Shown here piece by piece: positions 19,068-29,143 of a stretch of 64,000 bases of DNA (the stretch's first letter is position 1; the number at the start of each line of letters is the position of its first letter). The notes below the pieces were generated by a model. The model was not told the origin of the DNA, searched no databases, and saw only the letters and a program-made list of their open reading frames with translations. The stretch comes from Alicyclobacillus sp. SP_1. GTDB taxonomy: Bacteria > Bacillota > Bacilli > Alicyclobacillales > Alicyclobacillaceae. Position numbers and translations under genes: made by a program. The stretch is taken from contig NZ_JAMCCX010000018.1 of assembly GCF_024706985.1 (NCBI RefSeq), positions 1 to 64,000 of the forward strand. The letters are read 5' to 3'.

Positions 19068-20399
19068 CTACCTTGCCAGCGGCGGATTGTCAAAAGACAT
19101 GTCCTCATCGATCCGGTCGAGAACGAGGTCCTCATCCCCAGGCATGAGTCGTTTGCCACTCTTTAAGACGTAGCGCAACCAAGAACCGGCCATCCACGAC
19201 GTCACTAAGGCTAGCATGACCAAGATGGCAAAAAAGTCTTGATTGATAATGCCGAGCGAAAATGCGACAGAGGAGAGAACAATGCCTGGACCACCGCGAG
19301 CATTCATGGCCGCAGCGAAGTTGAAGCTGGTCAGTCGGTCGGAGCGAATGATTCGGCAAGTCACATAGACGACCGTCCCCTGAACCAAGGTTGCAAAGAG
19401 CAGATAGAGCAAGAAGAAGCCAACACTAAAATCTTGAGCTAAATTCAGTTGCATACCGATGATGGCAAAAAACAAGGGGATAAAGAAGGCGAAAGAAATG
19501 CTGCCAATTCCCTGCTCGACGCGTTTGAAGAGGGTTTCTGGAAGGGAGAACTTGGTCGCGACGCCTGCGAGCAGCGCCCCATACATCACGTCGACATTGA
19601 GAAACCCGGCAATGTCGGCGAGGGCAAATAATATGACCAAGAAGTACCCGAGAAACGACGCGCGAAAGAGAAAATTGCCCCGTTTTGAAGTGATGCGCCT
19701 TAGAACAAAAGGCACGACGGCGATGCAGACGATGAGAAAGGCGAAAGTCACGAGGAGGCTTTTTGAGACGACCCACACGCTGATGCCGTGATGGCCCGGA
19801 ACAATCATGCCTGCGGCAACGGCGAGAGCCACCCAGAGAATCAAATCATGGACACCAGCAATGGCTACCACAATTTTGGCGAAGCGGGAGTGGAGAATAC
19901 CGAGATCGGCAAAAATTTTTGAAATCACAGGGATGGATGTGACGGCGATTGAGATGGCTACCACAATTTTTAGTGCCGTGAGATTTTGGTCTGGTCCAAG
20001 AAATTTGGCGGGGTCAAAGAGGTACGTCGAGAGCCAGCCGACGACAAACGGGATGATGGTCGAGCCGAGGATAATGGCCACCCCAGTCTGAATATCGGCT
20101 TTTGCGAAACGGGCTTGGAATTTCAGCCCAGCCATGTACAGGAGAAGGAGCTCTCCGATAGCGTAAAGGAGGCCAAACAGGCCACTTTCGCCTGAAAAAC
20201 CGAGATACAGCCAGTGAAACGTCTGTGGAAAGAGGGTGCCAAGACACGTGGGACCAAGAACGAGACCGCCTGCGACTTCGCCGATGACGCGAGGAACGGC
20301 CATGCGTTCTGCGAGGTACCCAAGAAGATTGGCAGCAGCGAGAAGAAGCACCATGGCGAATAGGAAACGAGCCAAGTCGGAACTGGCCAGACTGAACAT
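19068..20399 (-). CDS. cation:proton antiporter (CPA/KefB-like Na+/H+ exchanger family)
   Basis: about 12 TM; N-terminus [32 protein letters not shown] typical of CPA2; start trimmed from ORF 20459 to ATG with AAAGGAG SD. Confidence 0.75.
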   Translation of the reverse strand: MFSLASSDLARFLFAMVLLLAAANLLGYLAERMAVPRVIGEVAGGLVLGPTCLGTLFPQTFHWLYLGFSGESGLFGLLYAIGELLLLYMAGLKFQARFAKADIQTGVAIILGSTIIPFVVGWLSTYLFDPAKFLGPDQNLTALKIVVAISIAVTSIPVISKIFADLGILHSRFAKIVVAIAGVHDLILWVALAVAAGMIVPGHHGISVWVVSKSLLVTFAFLIVCIAVVPFVLRRITSKRGNFLFRASFLGYFLVILFALADIAGFLNVDVMYGALLAGVATKFSLPETLFKRVEQGIGSISFAFFIPLFFAIIGMQLNLAQDFSVGFFLLYLLFATLVQGTVVYVTCRIIRSDRLTSFNFAAAMNARGGPGIVLSSVAFSLGIINQDFFAILVMLALVTSWMAGSWLRYVLKSGKRLMPGDEDLVLDRIDEDMSFDNPPLAR

Positions 20400-20608
20400 A
20401 CAACACACTCCTTTGGGCGAAGATTTGCGCTGGCACGGCGCAGTTGGCGCAGTTGCCAATCTCTGTGGAGTACGGTATGTGCGGACAATCGTCCCCGGCG
20501 TGGACAGATGGCCGAGGTCATCCGCCCGTTACGACGCTCTTTCTGCTACAGGCCGAGTGGAGAATGAGGGGGCGGGAAGGATACAATTTTCGCATGGAGG
20601 GGATGTGC

Positions 20609-21658
20609 ATGTCGGATTTGACACGTTCAGGGGACGTTTCGTTTTCTGTATTAGACTTGGTACCCATTGTGGAAGGCGGCAATGCCGCAGAGGCATTGCG
20701 GAACAGTCTCGAGTTAGCGCAGCATGCTGAGCGTCAGGGATATCGCCGCTACTGGGTAGCGGAGCATCATAACATGCCTGGCATTGCCAGTTCAGCCACT
20801 GCAGTCGTGATTGGACATCTTGCCGCCGGTACGAACACCCTTCGCGTGGGCTCTGGTGGAATCATGCTGCCCAATCACTCGCCACTCGTGATTGCGGAGC
20901 AATTTGGCACGTTGGAGTCTCTGTTTCCGGGACGGATCGATCTCGGTCTTGGCCGCGCACCGGGCAGCGATCGGCAGACGGCGCACGCCTTGCGAAGACA
21001 TCTCGAACAGCACGGCGACGATTTTCCAGACTTAGTGGCCGAGCTCTTTGCTTATTTTCACCCTGCCGCCTCGGCGGACGGACGGGAAAGCACCCGCGTG
21101 CGCGCCGTTCCGGGGGAGGGTCTGGACATTCCTCTGTGGCTCCTAGGGTCGAGTGACTTTAGTGCGCAGTTGGCGGCACACTGGGGGCTGCCATTCGCGT
21201 TTGCCAGTCATTTTGCTCCAGACTTTACCATACAAGCTTTAGAACTGTATCGAACCATGTTTCGGCCGTCGGTCTTTCTGTCCGAGCCACACGCTATGGT
21301 TGGGGTCAACGTGGTAGCGGCAGATACGGATGCAGAGGCTGCATTTTTGGCGACTTCCATGCAACAGCAGGTGCTGAGTCTGATGCGTGGCCGGCCAGGT
21401 CGGCTACCAGCACCTGTGGCCAATTTCGACGACCTCTGTAGTGGTGAAGAACGGGCTGCACTGGCGGCGCGAGGACGATTTACGGTAATTGGAAGTCCCG
21501 CCACAGTGGCTGTGAAGCTAGACCGCATCTTACGGGAAACGGGAGCGAATGAGGTCATTTTCAGTTCCTCCATGTATGACCATTCCGCTCGTCTTCATTC
21601 CTACGAGTTAGCGGCTCAGGTGATGACAGAGTGGAATCTTTCGGTGCGTCAGAAATAG
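20609..21658 (+). CDS. LLM-class flavin-dependent oxidoreductase (luciferase-like monooxygenase)
   Basis: N-term SVLDLVPI...[12 protein letters not shown] signature; start at ATG 20609 after GGAGGGG SD. Confidence 0.75.
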   Translation: MSDLTRSGDVSFSVLDLVPIVEGGNAAEALRNSLELAQHAERQGYRRYWVAEHHNMPGIASSATAVVIGHLAAGTNTLRVGSGGIMLPNHSPLVIAEQFGTLESLFPGRIDLGLGRAPGSDRQTAHALRRHLEQHGDDFPDLVAELFAYFHPAASADGRESTRVRAVPGEGLDIPLWLLGSSDFSAQLAAHWGLPFAFASHFAPDFTIQALELYRTMFRPSVFLSEPHAMVGVNVVAADTDAEAAFLATSMQQQVLSLMRGRPGRLPAPVANFDDLCSGEERAALAARGRFTVIGSPATVAVKLDRILRETGANEVIFSSSMYDHSARLHSYELAAQVMTEWNLSVRQK

Positions 21659-21786
21659 ATGGTGGTAAAATCCTTCAAGACAAGATAATATGAAATAAAT
21701 ATCCGCGCAGGCACGGCGATGGCCGATGGTACTCTGAACACGGCCTTCGGTGACCTGCTCGTCGCCTGCGGCAAGGAGGTGGAACG

Positions 21787-22551
21787 ATGCCAGCCCTACG
21801 CGTCTTCCCCGATGAACAGAGTGGTGCCGTCTATGCTGCGGCCGTCATGGACCGGGTGATGCAGGCTCGTCGCTCTCCTGTTTTCGGTTTGGCGACGGGT
21901 TCCACCCAGATTCCTCTCTATCGGCAGTTGGTTCGAATGCATCGGCAGGGGTTATCGTTTGCCACCGTGACCACTATCAATTTGGATGAGTACGTGGGTC
22001 TGTCTACGCAATCTCCGGGCAGTTTTTCTGCGTATATGGAGCGGAACTTTTTTCGCCATGTGGATATTCCACCCGGCGCTCGCCATCTGCCTCAAGGCGA
22101 TGCACCGGACTTGGCGGCTGAGTGTCTGCGCTACGACGCTCTTCTGTCTACGCACCGTCTCGATTTGCAACTACTTGGCATTGGCATCAACGGGCACATC
22201 GGTTTCAACGAGCCGAGTACGAGTCTATCTCTGAAAACGCACGTTGTGGCGCTTCAGGACGAGACGATTCTGCGAAATTCAAGCGACTTTCCAGATGGGT
22301 CAAACGTTCCCCGCCAGGCCATCACGGTCGGATTGCAGTCCATTTTCGCAGCCAGGACCATTTTATTGCTGGCGTTTGGGCGCGACAAGGCAGAAGCGGT
22401 TGCAGAGTCCGTTTGTGGACAGGTGCGAACCTCCTGTCCGGCCAGTCTGTTGCAACTGCATCCGCGGGTAACCTATGTTTTGGATGCGGCCGCTGCTGGT
22501 CGACTCCCTGACGCGGGCCGTTTGCTCGCTCTAGAGGAGGCGGCATGGTGA
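21787..22551 (+). CDS. nagB: glucosamine-6-phosphate deaminase
   Basis: GLATGSTQIPLY, NLDEYVGL, GIGINGHIGFNEP motifs; GGAGGTGG SD. Confidence 0.85.
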   Translation: MPALRVFPDEQSGAVYAAAVMDRVMQARRSPVFGLATGSTQIPLYRQLVRMHRQGLSFATVTTINLDEYVGLSTQSPGSFSAYMERNFFRHVDIPPGARHLPQGDAPDLAAECLRYDALLSTHRLDLQLLGIGINGHIGFNEPSTSLSLKTHVVALQDETILRNSSDFPDGSNVPRQAITVGLQSIFAARTILLLAFGRDKAEAVAESVCGQVRTSCPASLLQLHPRVTYVLDAAAAGRLPDAGRLLALEEAAW

Positions 22552-23798
22552 GTGACATGACCTCTGGGAACGAGGACGGCAACTTGGGGCGCTATCGACG
22601 GCGAGTGTTACGTGCAGACTTCGTCTTGCCAACTGGAGTTCTGCGTGATGGGTGGATGGCCGTCGAAGATGGGCGAATTGTTGCCATTTGCGCTGCAGCA
22701 GACGCTGGCGTGGCGGAGTGGTTGGAACGTGGCTTCGCTTTGGAAGATTGGCGTCAGCACATGGTGTTGCCTGGTTTGATTGATGTGCACATGCACGGCA
22801 TCGGCGGTCATGACTGTATGGATATGGATGACAAAAGTTTGCCTGCCATCTCTCTGCAATTGGCGAATCACGGCGTAACTGGCTATTTGGCAACCACGGT
22901 GACGCAGAGCTTCGAGGCCACGCGGCTGACTTTGGAGCGAGCGCAGCGTTTCATGGCCGAACAGCAGGTGGCTTTCGCTTCGGGGCGGTGGACGGGTGCG
23001 CGGTTGCTCGGTGTCCACATGGAAGGCCCGTTTCTCTCGCCACAGCGCAGAGGCGCTCAAAATGGGGAGTATCTGCAGACACCGGACGTGCAGGTGCTGC
23101 AGCAACTGCTGGATGTAGCACCGGGATGCGTCCGGTTGGTGACTTTGGCACCCGAACTCGCTCAGGCAGACGCGTTGGTTCAGCACTTGGTGGATGCAGG
23201 GATTCGCGTCTCGATGGGTCACACAGATGCGACGTATGAACAAGCGGAAAAAGCCATTCAGCTTGGTGTGCAGCATGTGACACACTGTTTTAACGCGATG
23301 AGTGGGCTGCACCATCGGTCTCCAGGAGTTGTCGGCGCCACGCTACTTTCAAACCGGGTCAAAGCGGAACTGATTGCGGACGGGATTCACGTTCATCCAG
23401 CGGCAGTTCAAGTCTTGCTGCGGATGAAAGGGCGCGATGGGGTCGTGCTCATCTCCGACAGCATTCGTGCCACGGGCATGCCAGACGGCGAATACGCGCT
23501 CGGTGGACTGAAGATTCGAACAATCGATGGCACCGCGCGGTTGCCGAGTGGAGAATTGGCGGGGAGTACGCTCACCCTCGACAAGGCGGTCCAAAATCTT
23601 GTGCAGCGCTGGCAAACCCCGCTCGCGGACGCTGCGTATATGGCCTCCGCTTCTCCCGCCGAGGCGCTGCGACTGGACGGCGTGGGGCGATTGGCCGTCG
23701 GATATCAGGCGGACTATAGTATTTGGGACGCGGCCGGATGCTTGCAGCAAGTCGTCATGGGCGGAACGAGGGAGGACGCGGTGAAAGCAGCGCCGTGA
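22545..23798 (+). CDS. nagA: N-acetylglucosamine-6-phosphate deacetylase
   Basis: amidohydrolase motifs LPGLIDVHMHGIGGHD, LAPEL, HCFNAM; ATG overlaps nagB stop. Confidence 0.85.
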   Translation: MVSDMTSGNEDGNLGRYRRRVLRADFVLPTGVLRDGWMAVEDGRIVAICAAADAGVAEWLERGFALEDWRQHMVLPGLIDVHMHGIGGHDCMDMDDKSLPAISLQLANHGVTGYLATTVTQSFEATRLTLERAQRFMAEQQVAFASGRWTGARLLGVHMEGPFLSPQRRGAQNGEYLQTPDVQVLQQLLDVAPGCVRLVTLAPELAQADALVQHLVDAGIRVSMGHTDATYEQAEKAIQLGVQHVTHCFNAMSGLHHRSPGVVGATLLSNRVKAELIADGIHVHPAAVQVLLRMKGRDGVVLISDSIRATGMPDGEYALGGLKIRTIDGTARLPSGELAGSTLTLDKAVQNLVQRWQTPLADAAYMASASPAEALRLDGVGRLAVGYQADYSIWDAAGCLQQVVMGGTREDAVKAAP

Positions 23799-23939
23799 CC
23801 GGAGTAGCTGTTTTAAAAAATGGGAGCAACTGTTTTGAAAAGCGGACTGTCCGTGACCGTCATGCATTCCGCCGTCGCGCATTCAAAAGGAGTTTCTATT
23901 GATTACGCAAGACAGCATGTTGCGAAGGGAAGGAGGGAT

Positions 23940-24803
23940 GGTGTGGAACAGACGCTGCATGGAACTCACTGTATGGCTTTGCTCCAAAGTGTCTATCCAT
24001 CGCTGTCTCCAGCCGAACAGAAGGTTGCAGATGCCGTTTTGAAAGACGCAGAGCAGACGGTCTACTCTTCGGTGACGGATCTGGCAGAAAACAGTGGCGT
24101 CGGTGAGACGACCGTCATTCGTTTCTGCAGAAAATTAGGGTTTCGCGGATTTCAAGAATTCAAGTTGTCCCTCGCACAGGAGTTGGTTGGCCCGAGCCGT
24201 CAAGTTTACGGACAGGTTCAAGAGGAAGACGACCTTGCCACGATGGTGCAGAAAATTACTCTTCAAAATAAACAGGCGCTTATGGATACGCAAAGTCTGC
24301 TCCAAGAATCTATGTTGGAACGAGCGACGAACGCACTCTTAGCGGGGAGAAATTTGTACTTTTTCGGTGTGGGTTCGTCCGGTATGACGGCGATGGATGC
24401 TGAGTATCGGTTCATGCGACTCGGATTTCAGGCCCATTTTGCCTGCGATGCACACGTGATTGCCATGCACTGTTCGCTGCTCACGCGAGCGGATGTCGTC
24501 GTCGGAATCTCATCTTCAGGCAGTACCAAAGATTTGGTAGACGCCGTTCGGATTGCTAAGGAGAAAGGCGCTTACATCATCTGCCTGACCAGTCACGCGC
24601 GTTCTCCCATCACTCAATATGCCAATGCCGTTCTCCTCTCAGCGGCGAGAGAGTCTCCTCTTCAAGGAGGAGCATTCGCTTCGAAAGTGGCGCAAATTCA
24701 CGTTCTCGATGTACTGGCCACCGTTGTCTCCATGCGCAAGCGAGAAGAGACGTTTGCTGCCATGGAGAGCACTGCAAAGGCAGTGTTGGATAAACTCTAC
24801 TGA
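23940..24803 (+). CDS. RpiR/MurR-family transcriptional regulator (HTH_6 + SIS), NanR-like
   Basis: LSPAEQKVADAVLKD...TTVIRFCRKLGFRGFQEFK HTH; SIS domain GVGSSG; start at in-frame GTG after AAGGAGGG. Confidence 0.75.
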   Translation, partial: GVEQTLHGTHCMALLQSVYPSLSPAEQKVADAVLKDAEQTVYSSVTDLAENSGVGETTVIRFCRKLGFRGFQEFKLSLAQELVGPSRQVYGQVQEEDDLATMVQKITLQNKQALMDTQSLLQESMLERATNALLAGRNLYFFGVGSSGMTAMDAEYRFMRLGFQAHFACDAHVIAMHCSLLTRADVVVGISSSGSTKDLVDAVRIAKEKGAYIICLTSHARSPITQYANAVLLSAARESPLQGGAFASKVAQIHVLDVLATVVSMRKREETFAAMESTAKAVLDKLY

Positions 24804-24834
24804 CGTGCGCGGGGCAGAGAAAGGTGGTGAACGG

Positions 24835-25578
24835 ATGGATGCGGTGTGGCAACGGCTGCATGGTGGGCTGGTGGTGTCTTGCCAAGCTCAATGGGGCGAT
24901 CCGCTCTATGGCACGGAGTTCATGGTGGCGATGGCGAGATCGGCCAAACTGGGTGGCGCTTCCGGTATGCGCGTTTCGGCGGATGACCTGCCCGCCGTCC
25001 GGACGGCTACTTCGCTACCGATGATTGGACTGCAGAAGCGCCGCTATGGAGACTGTGCCGTTTGGATTACGCCGACTATCGCCGAAGTGGACTCCCTGGT
25101 TGCAGCTGGCGCCGATGTGATTGCCCTGGATGCGACCAACAGGCCTCGTCCGGGCGGGCTGAGCTTAGAGCGGCTGGTTTCGCAAATTCGAGCGAAATAT
25201 GGCGATGTTCCGCTGCTTGCCGATGTAGCGACGTGTGAAGAGGCGTTGTCTGCAGAGCGACTGGGCTTTGATGCAGTGGCTACAACCCTGTTCGGCTATA
25301 CGGAGGAAACGGCGGACGAGTTGCCGCCGTCCGTGCTCGGACTTGTTCAGCAGTTGGTGGACCGCCTGCGTATTCCAGTGCTTGCTGAAGGTCGTCTTCG
25401 CAGGCCCGAACAGGCAGCCGAATGTCTCGCTGCGGGAGCTTTTGCGGTCGTCGTCGGAAGCGCTATCACGAGGCCGCAAGAGATTACGAACTGGTTTGTC
25501 GAGAGCATGAGATGCTCGTCTCTGGGGGCATCGCATTCGCGGGAAGGGGGCAGCGGCCACGAGATGCATGGGAGATGA
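24835..25578 (+). CDS. nanE: N-acetylmannosamine-6-phosphate 2-epimerase
   Basis: LHGGLVVSCQA...GASGMRV; TIM-barrel NanE pattern; ATG 24835 after AAAGGTGG SD. Confidence 0.8.
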   Translation: MDAVWQRLHGGLVVSCQAQWGDPLYGTEFMVAMARSAKLGGASGMRVSADDLPAVRTATSLPMIGLQKRRYGDCAVWITPTIAEVDSLVAAGADVIALDATNRPRPGGLSLERLVSQIRAKYGDVPLLADVATCEEALSAERLGFDAVATTLFGYTEETADELPPSVLGLVQQLVDRLRIPVLAEGRLRRPEQAAECLAAGAFAVVVGSAITRPQEITNWFVESMRCSSLGASHSREGGSGHEMHGR

Positions 25579-26515
25579 TGGGGTTGACATTGGCGTCGAC
25601 TTGGGTGGGACGAAGCTTGCGGCGGCGCTGGTCGGGGCAGACGGGCGTGTCTCGGAGCGCGTCAGTCGCAGCACTCCTCAAACGGGGCGGGACGATGTTC
25701 TCGACGCGCTCACAGAGACCGTTCGGCATGTGCGCCAGCGAGCGTCGAAACATGGCCTAGTGGTGCAGAGTGTAGGCATTGGTACTGCTGGTCAAATCGA
25801 TGTGGTGCGCGGCGTGGTTTTGGCAGGAACGACAAACATTCACGATTGGAATAACGTGCCGCTCCGCGACGCGGTTGCGGCAGCCACTGGACTGACGACT
25901 TTCGTGGACAATGACGTTCCCGTCGTGCTTCAGGCAGAGCGCGAATTTGGCGCCGCACAAGGCTGCACCGATGTGGTCTGCTTGACGGTCGGCACGGGTA
26001 TTGGTGGGGCTGTGCTGACTGGCGGACGATTACTCCGTGGCGCTTGGGGCGGTGCAGCAGAACTCGGACACATTTCAGTGGATAAGCATGGTCCAGTCTG
26101 TGCGTGTGGATTTCGCGGCTGTTTGGAGATGTTCGCGTCCGGTACGGCCGTAGCGCGAAGAATGGCTGAGTTGACGCATGGGGACCGGAAATGGACCGGA
26201 GTCGAGGTGTTTCAAGCGGCACTCTGTGGCGATGCGCTAGCCGAGCAAGTTGTCTCTGAAGCCATTGACGCGCTTGCGTATGGAGTGGTCAGTCTCATTC
26301 ATACCTTTAATCCTAAAATCATGCTTCTCGGCGGCGGGGTCTTCTCAGAGGCGGAATGGCTTCGCGAGCGACTCGAGAACAAAGTTCACGGCATGGGCAT
26401 TCAGAGTATGGTTCAGTCTGTGCACATTCGCCGCGTATCGCTTGGAACCGATGCCGGTCTGATTGGTGCGGCCCGTTTGCGGGCGATGAGTACAATGAAC
26501 GGAGAGCTTAGTTAG
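25568..26515 (+). CDS. ROK-family sugar kinase (N-acetylmannosamine/glucose kinase type)
   Basis: VDLGGTKLAAALV N-term; Cys-rich zinc motif CACGFRGCLE; overlaps nanE stop. Confidence 0.8.
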   Translation: MGDDGVDIGVDLGGTKLAAALVGADGRVSERVSRSTPQTGRDDVLDALTETVRHVRQRASKHGLVVQSVGIGTAGQIDVVRGVVLAGTTNIHDWNNVPLRDAVAAATGLTTFVDNDVPVVLQAEREFGAAQGCTDVVCLTVGTGIGGAVLTGGRLLRGAWGGAAELGHISVDKHGPVCACGFRGCLEMFASGTAVARRMAELTHGDRKWTGVEVFQAALCGDALAEQVVSEAIDALAYGVVSLIHTFNPKIMLLGGGVFSEAEWLRERLENKVHGMGIQSMVQSVHIRRVSLGTDAGLIGAARLRAMSTMNGELS

Positions 26516-26583
26516 TCGACCACGGCGGTCGAGGATTGGACGCAGGGTGGCAGGGTGACACGTAGACTTTGGGAGGTTGGCAG

Positions 26584-27663
26584 ATGAGCAAACAGTGGCG
26601 TGTGGGCGTGGTTGGAGTGGGATCGATAGCAAAGCTTGGGCACTTGCCATTCTATCGGGATCATCCCGATGTCGATCTCGTTGCAGTGGCCGATGTTAAT
26701 CTTACACGGGCGCATGCCGTCGGCGAGGAGTATGGGATGACGAGAATCTATGGAGACGCGCTCCAGATGTTTGACGCCAAAGAGGTTGAAGCTGTCAGCA
26801 TCTGCACGGACAATGAGAGTCATGTGCCCCTCGCGATTGCTGCGATGGAGCGGGGAATTCACGTCTTGGTGGAGAAGCCGCTGGCCACCCGCTTCGCCGA
26901 TGCGCGACGGGTCGAGGAAGTGGCAAATCGGACGGGATGCTTATGCATGGTTGGGATGACGCACCGCTACCGGAACGAAGCGCAGGCGCTCCACAAAGTC
27001 GTTCGCTCCGGAGCGCTCGGTGAAATTTACTATGCGAAGGCGCGCATTTTGCGCCGGCGCGGAACGCCGGCGGGTTGGTTCACGAATCGCCAGAAGTCGG
27101 GTGGCGGGACGCTGATGGACATCGGGGTGCATGCGCTGGATTTAGGGTGGTGGCTGATGGGTGAACCCACGCTGGCCTCTGCTTCTGGAATTCTGGTCAA
27201 GGGAATTGGGCGCTACGATACGAAAATGGTGGACCGCTGGAAATCGTCGGATGCGGCGAATCAAGACAACGCCATCTTTGATGTCGAGGACTTTGCGGCG
27301 GCACTCGTGCGGTTTGAGGGCGGATCGGCCCTTCAGCTAGAAGTCAGTTGGGCCCTCAACGGTCGGCAAGACGACGCCCTCCAAGTCGAGGTGTTCGGAA
27401 GCAAAGGGGGGATTTCCCTCTCTCCACTCTGTGTTTTTGGCGAACAGGCAGGATTTCTGGCGGAGTCGCAACTGTCTGTGGACGGGAACTCGTGGTATCA
27501 GGATGAGATTGGACATTTTATCGACTGCCTGCAGGACGGAACATCGCCGCTGTCCACGGTGCAGCAGGGTGTGCAAGTGGTGGAGATGCTGGAAACCATT
27601 CAGCGGTCGGCCAGCGTGGGTTTTGAAGTCCGCAAAGTGGATGAGAGGGGGCACCGAGGATGA
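26584..27663 (+). CDS. Gfo/Idh/MocA-family NAD(P)-dependent oxidoreductase
   Basis: N-terminal Rossmann WRVGVVGVGSIAK, EKP motif LVEKPLA; GGGAGG SD. Confidence 0.75.
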   Translation: MSKQWRVGVVGVGSIAKLGHLPFYRDHPDVDLVAVADVNLTRAHAVGEEYGMTRIYGDALQMFDAKEVEAVSICTDNESHVPLAIAAMERGIHVLVEKPLATRFADARRVEEVANRTGCLCMVGMTHRYRNEAQALHKVVRSGALGEIYYAKARILRRRGTPAGWFTNRQKSGGGTLMDIGVHALDLGWWLMGEPTLASASGILVKGIGRYDTKMVDRWKSSDAANQDNAIFDVEDFAAALVRFEGGSALQLEVSWALNGRQDDALQVEVFGSKGGISLSPLCVFGEQAGFLAESQLSVDGNSWYQDEIGHFIDCLQDGTSPLSTVQQGVQVVEMLETIQRSASVGFEVRKVDERGHRG

Positions 27664-28535
27664 ACGTCGGTCTGAGCATGTACAGTGTTCACCGCCGTTG
27701 TGGCAGGGACGGGTGGGCGGTACGCGATTTTTTGGAATATTGCCGGCAACAGAACATTTCCTCCGTGGAACTGCTCGATTTGTTTTGGCTGGATGTCTAC
27801 AAGGAGCTACCGGAGACCATCGCGTTTCTGCAAGAGTACGGAATGACGGTCTCCGCCTATGACGTCCACAACGACTTCGCCTCACCCGATGCCTCGGTGC
27901 GCCAAGCAGGTCTATCGAGCGTGCGCGCTGGACTCGAGATGGCCAATGCGCTAAAGACTCGCTCTGTGCGAATCTTCGCCGGCAATGTCGCCCCCGGCAT
28001 CGACTTTGCAGCGGCTCGCGAATGGGTGGTAGAGGGACTGCGTGCGGCGGCACAATTGGCGGAAGAATTTGATGTTCAACTCGTGCTTGAGAACCATGGC
28101 CAACTCGCCGGTCGCAGCGAACAAGTGGAAGCCCTGTTGGCAGACGTGGGCTCGAAGTATCTGACGTGTGCTTTTGACACGGGAAATTTTTTGCTGGTCG
28201 CAGACCATCCGCTGCCCGCGCTCGAGCGTCTTCGCAACGTCATCGGTCACGTTCACGTCAAAGATTTTGCCCTCTCGAGCTCGGACGAAGGACTGCTCAG
28301 CACGGATGGACGACGCTATCGCTTCGTGCCGCTCGGTCAAGGTATAGTGCCAATCGCAGAGATTGTGGCGCGGTTGTCGCAACTTGGTTACGATGGCACG
28401 CTGTCGATTGAATTTGAAGGAGAACCGGACCTCAGCGGAATTGAGCGTGGCCTCGATGTCCTTCGTCCGCTCGTCGCGACGGTCACAGGCAGTGGCCACG
28501 TTTCTGAAGACACGGCGAGAGGAGACGCGCGATGA
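27660..28535 (+). CDS. sugar phosphate isomerase/epimerase (xylose-isomerase-like TIM barrel)
   Basis: AP-endonuclease-2/TIM fold pattern (LVLENHG, HVHVKD); ATGA overlap. Confidence 0.7.
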   Translation: MNVGLSMYSVHRRCGRDGWAVRDFLEYCRQQNISSVELLDLFWLDVYKELPETIAFLQEYGMTVSAYDVHNDFASPDASVRQAGLSSVRAGLEMANALKTRSVRIFAGNVAPGIDFAAAREWVVEGLRAAAQLAEEFDVQLVLENHGQLAGRSEQVEALLADVGSKYLTCAFDTGNFLLVADHPLPALERLRNVIGHVHVKDFALSSSDEGLLSTDGRRYRFVPLGQGIVPIAEIVARLSQLGYDGTLSIEFEGEPDLSGIERGLDVLRPLVATVTGSGHVSEDTARGDAR

Positions 28536-29143
28536 CAGGCATCCACCTCGCCAATCCGTCACTGCGCGCCCTACCCGAATACGCGTTGGCACGGGAACGG
28601 GTGGTCACAGGACAATTGGGTACAATTGGGACGGTTTATACGTTTTGCGGTGGTGCCTGCCCCTGGGATGTTCAGACGCCTTCGGGTGACACGGCTCCAC
28701 AAGAGGTTTCCATCTTTGAGTGGATGCTTCCAGATTTCGACTTTCTCCGTTGGTGTTTCGGGGAAGTAGAGCGCGTCTATGCGAAACATCGGGGCGTTTC
28801 CGAGAAACGTCGGGTCCATCACGCTTTTGTCAGCCTTCGCTTTGCCACGGGTGTCATCGCTTCTGCAGAAGCGTCGTGGGCGTATCCGCCAGGGTTGCAG
28901 AGAGAGTTTGAGATTGCGGGCTCCGAAGGACTTCTTCGTCACCGGAGTGGCGCACCGCCAGGGTTGGAGGCTTACGTTTGGCCGCCTCAGTCGGCCCCTT
29001 CTCTGCTCTCCATGGAGACGGGACCCAGTGCAGAAATGTCGGAGGAGGACGTGCGTGAGGCTCTGCGCATCAGCAACGCTCTCTGCGAATCCGCAACGAA
29101 CGGGTGCGCAGTGACGCTTGGGGGTGGATGTTCTTGCGCGTAG
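28532..29143 (+). CDS. Gfo/Idh/MocA C-terminal-domain-only protein (possible gene remnant)
   Basis: homology only to post-EKP C-terminal half of GFO enzymes; no Rossmann domain; ATGA overlap upstream and overlaps next gene start. Confidence 0.45.
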   Translation: MTGIHLANPSLRALPEYALARERVVTGQLGTIGTVYTFCGGACPWDVQTPSGDTAPQEVSIFEWMLPDFDFLRWCFGEVERVYAKHRGVSEKRRVHHAFVSLRFATGVIASAEASWAYPPGLQREFEIAGSEGLLRHRSGAPPGLEAYVWPPQSAPSLLSMETGPSAEMSEEDVREALRISNALCESATNGCAVTLGGGCSCA

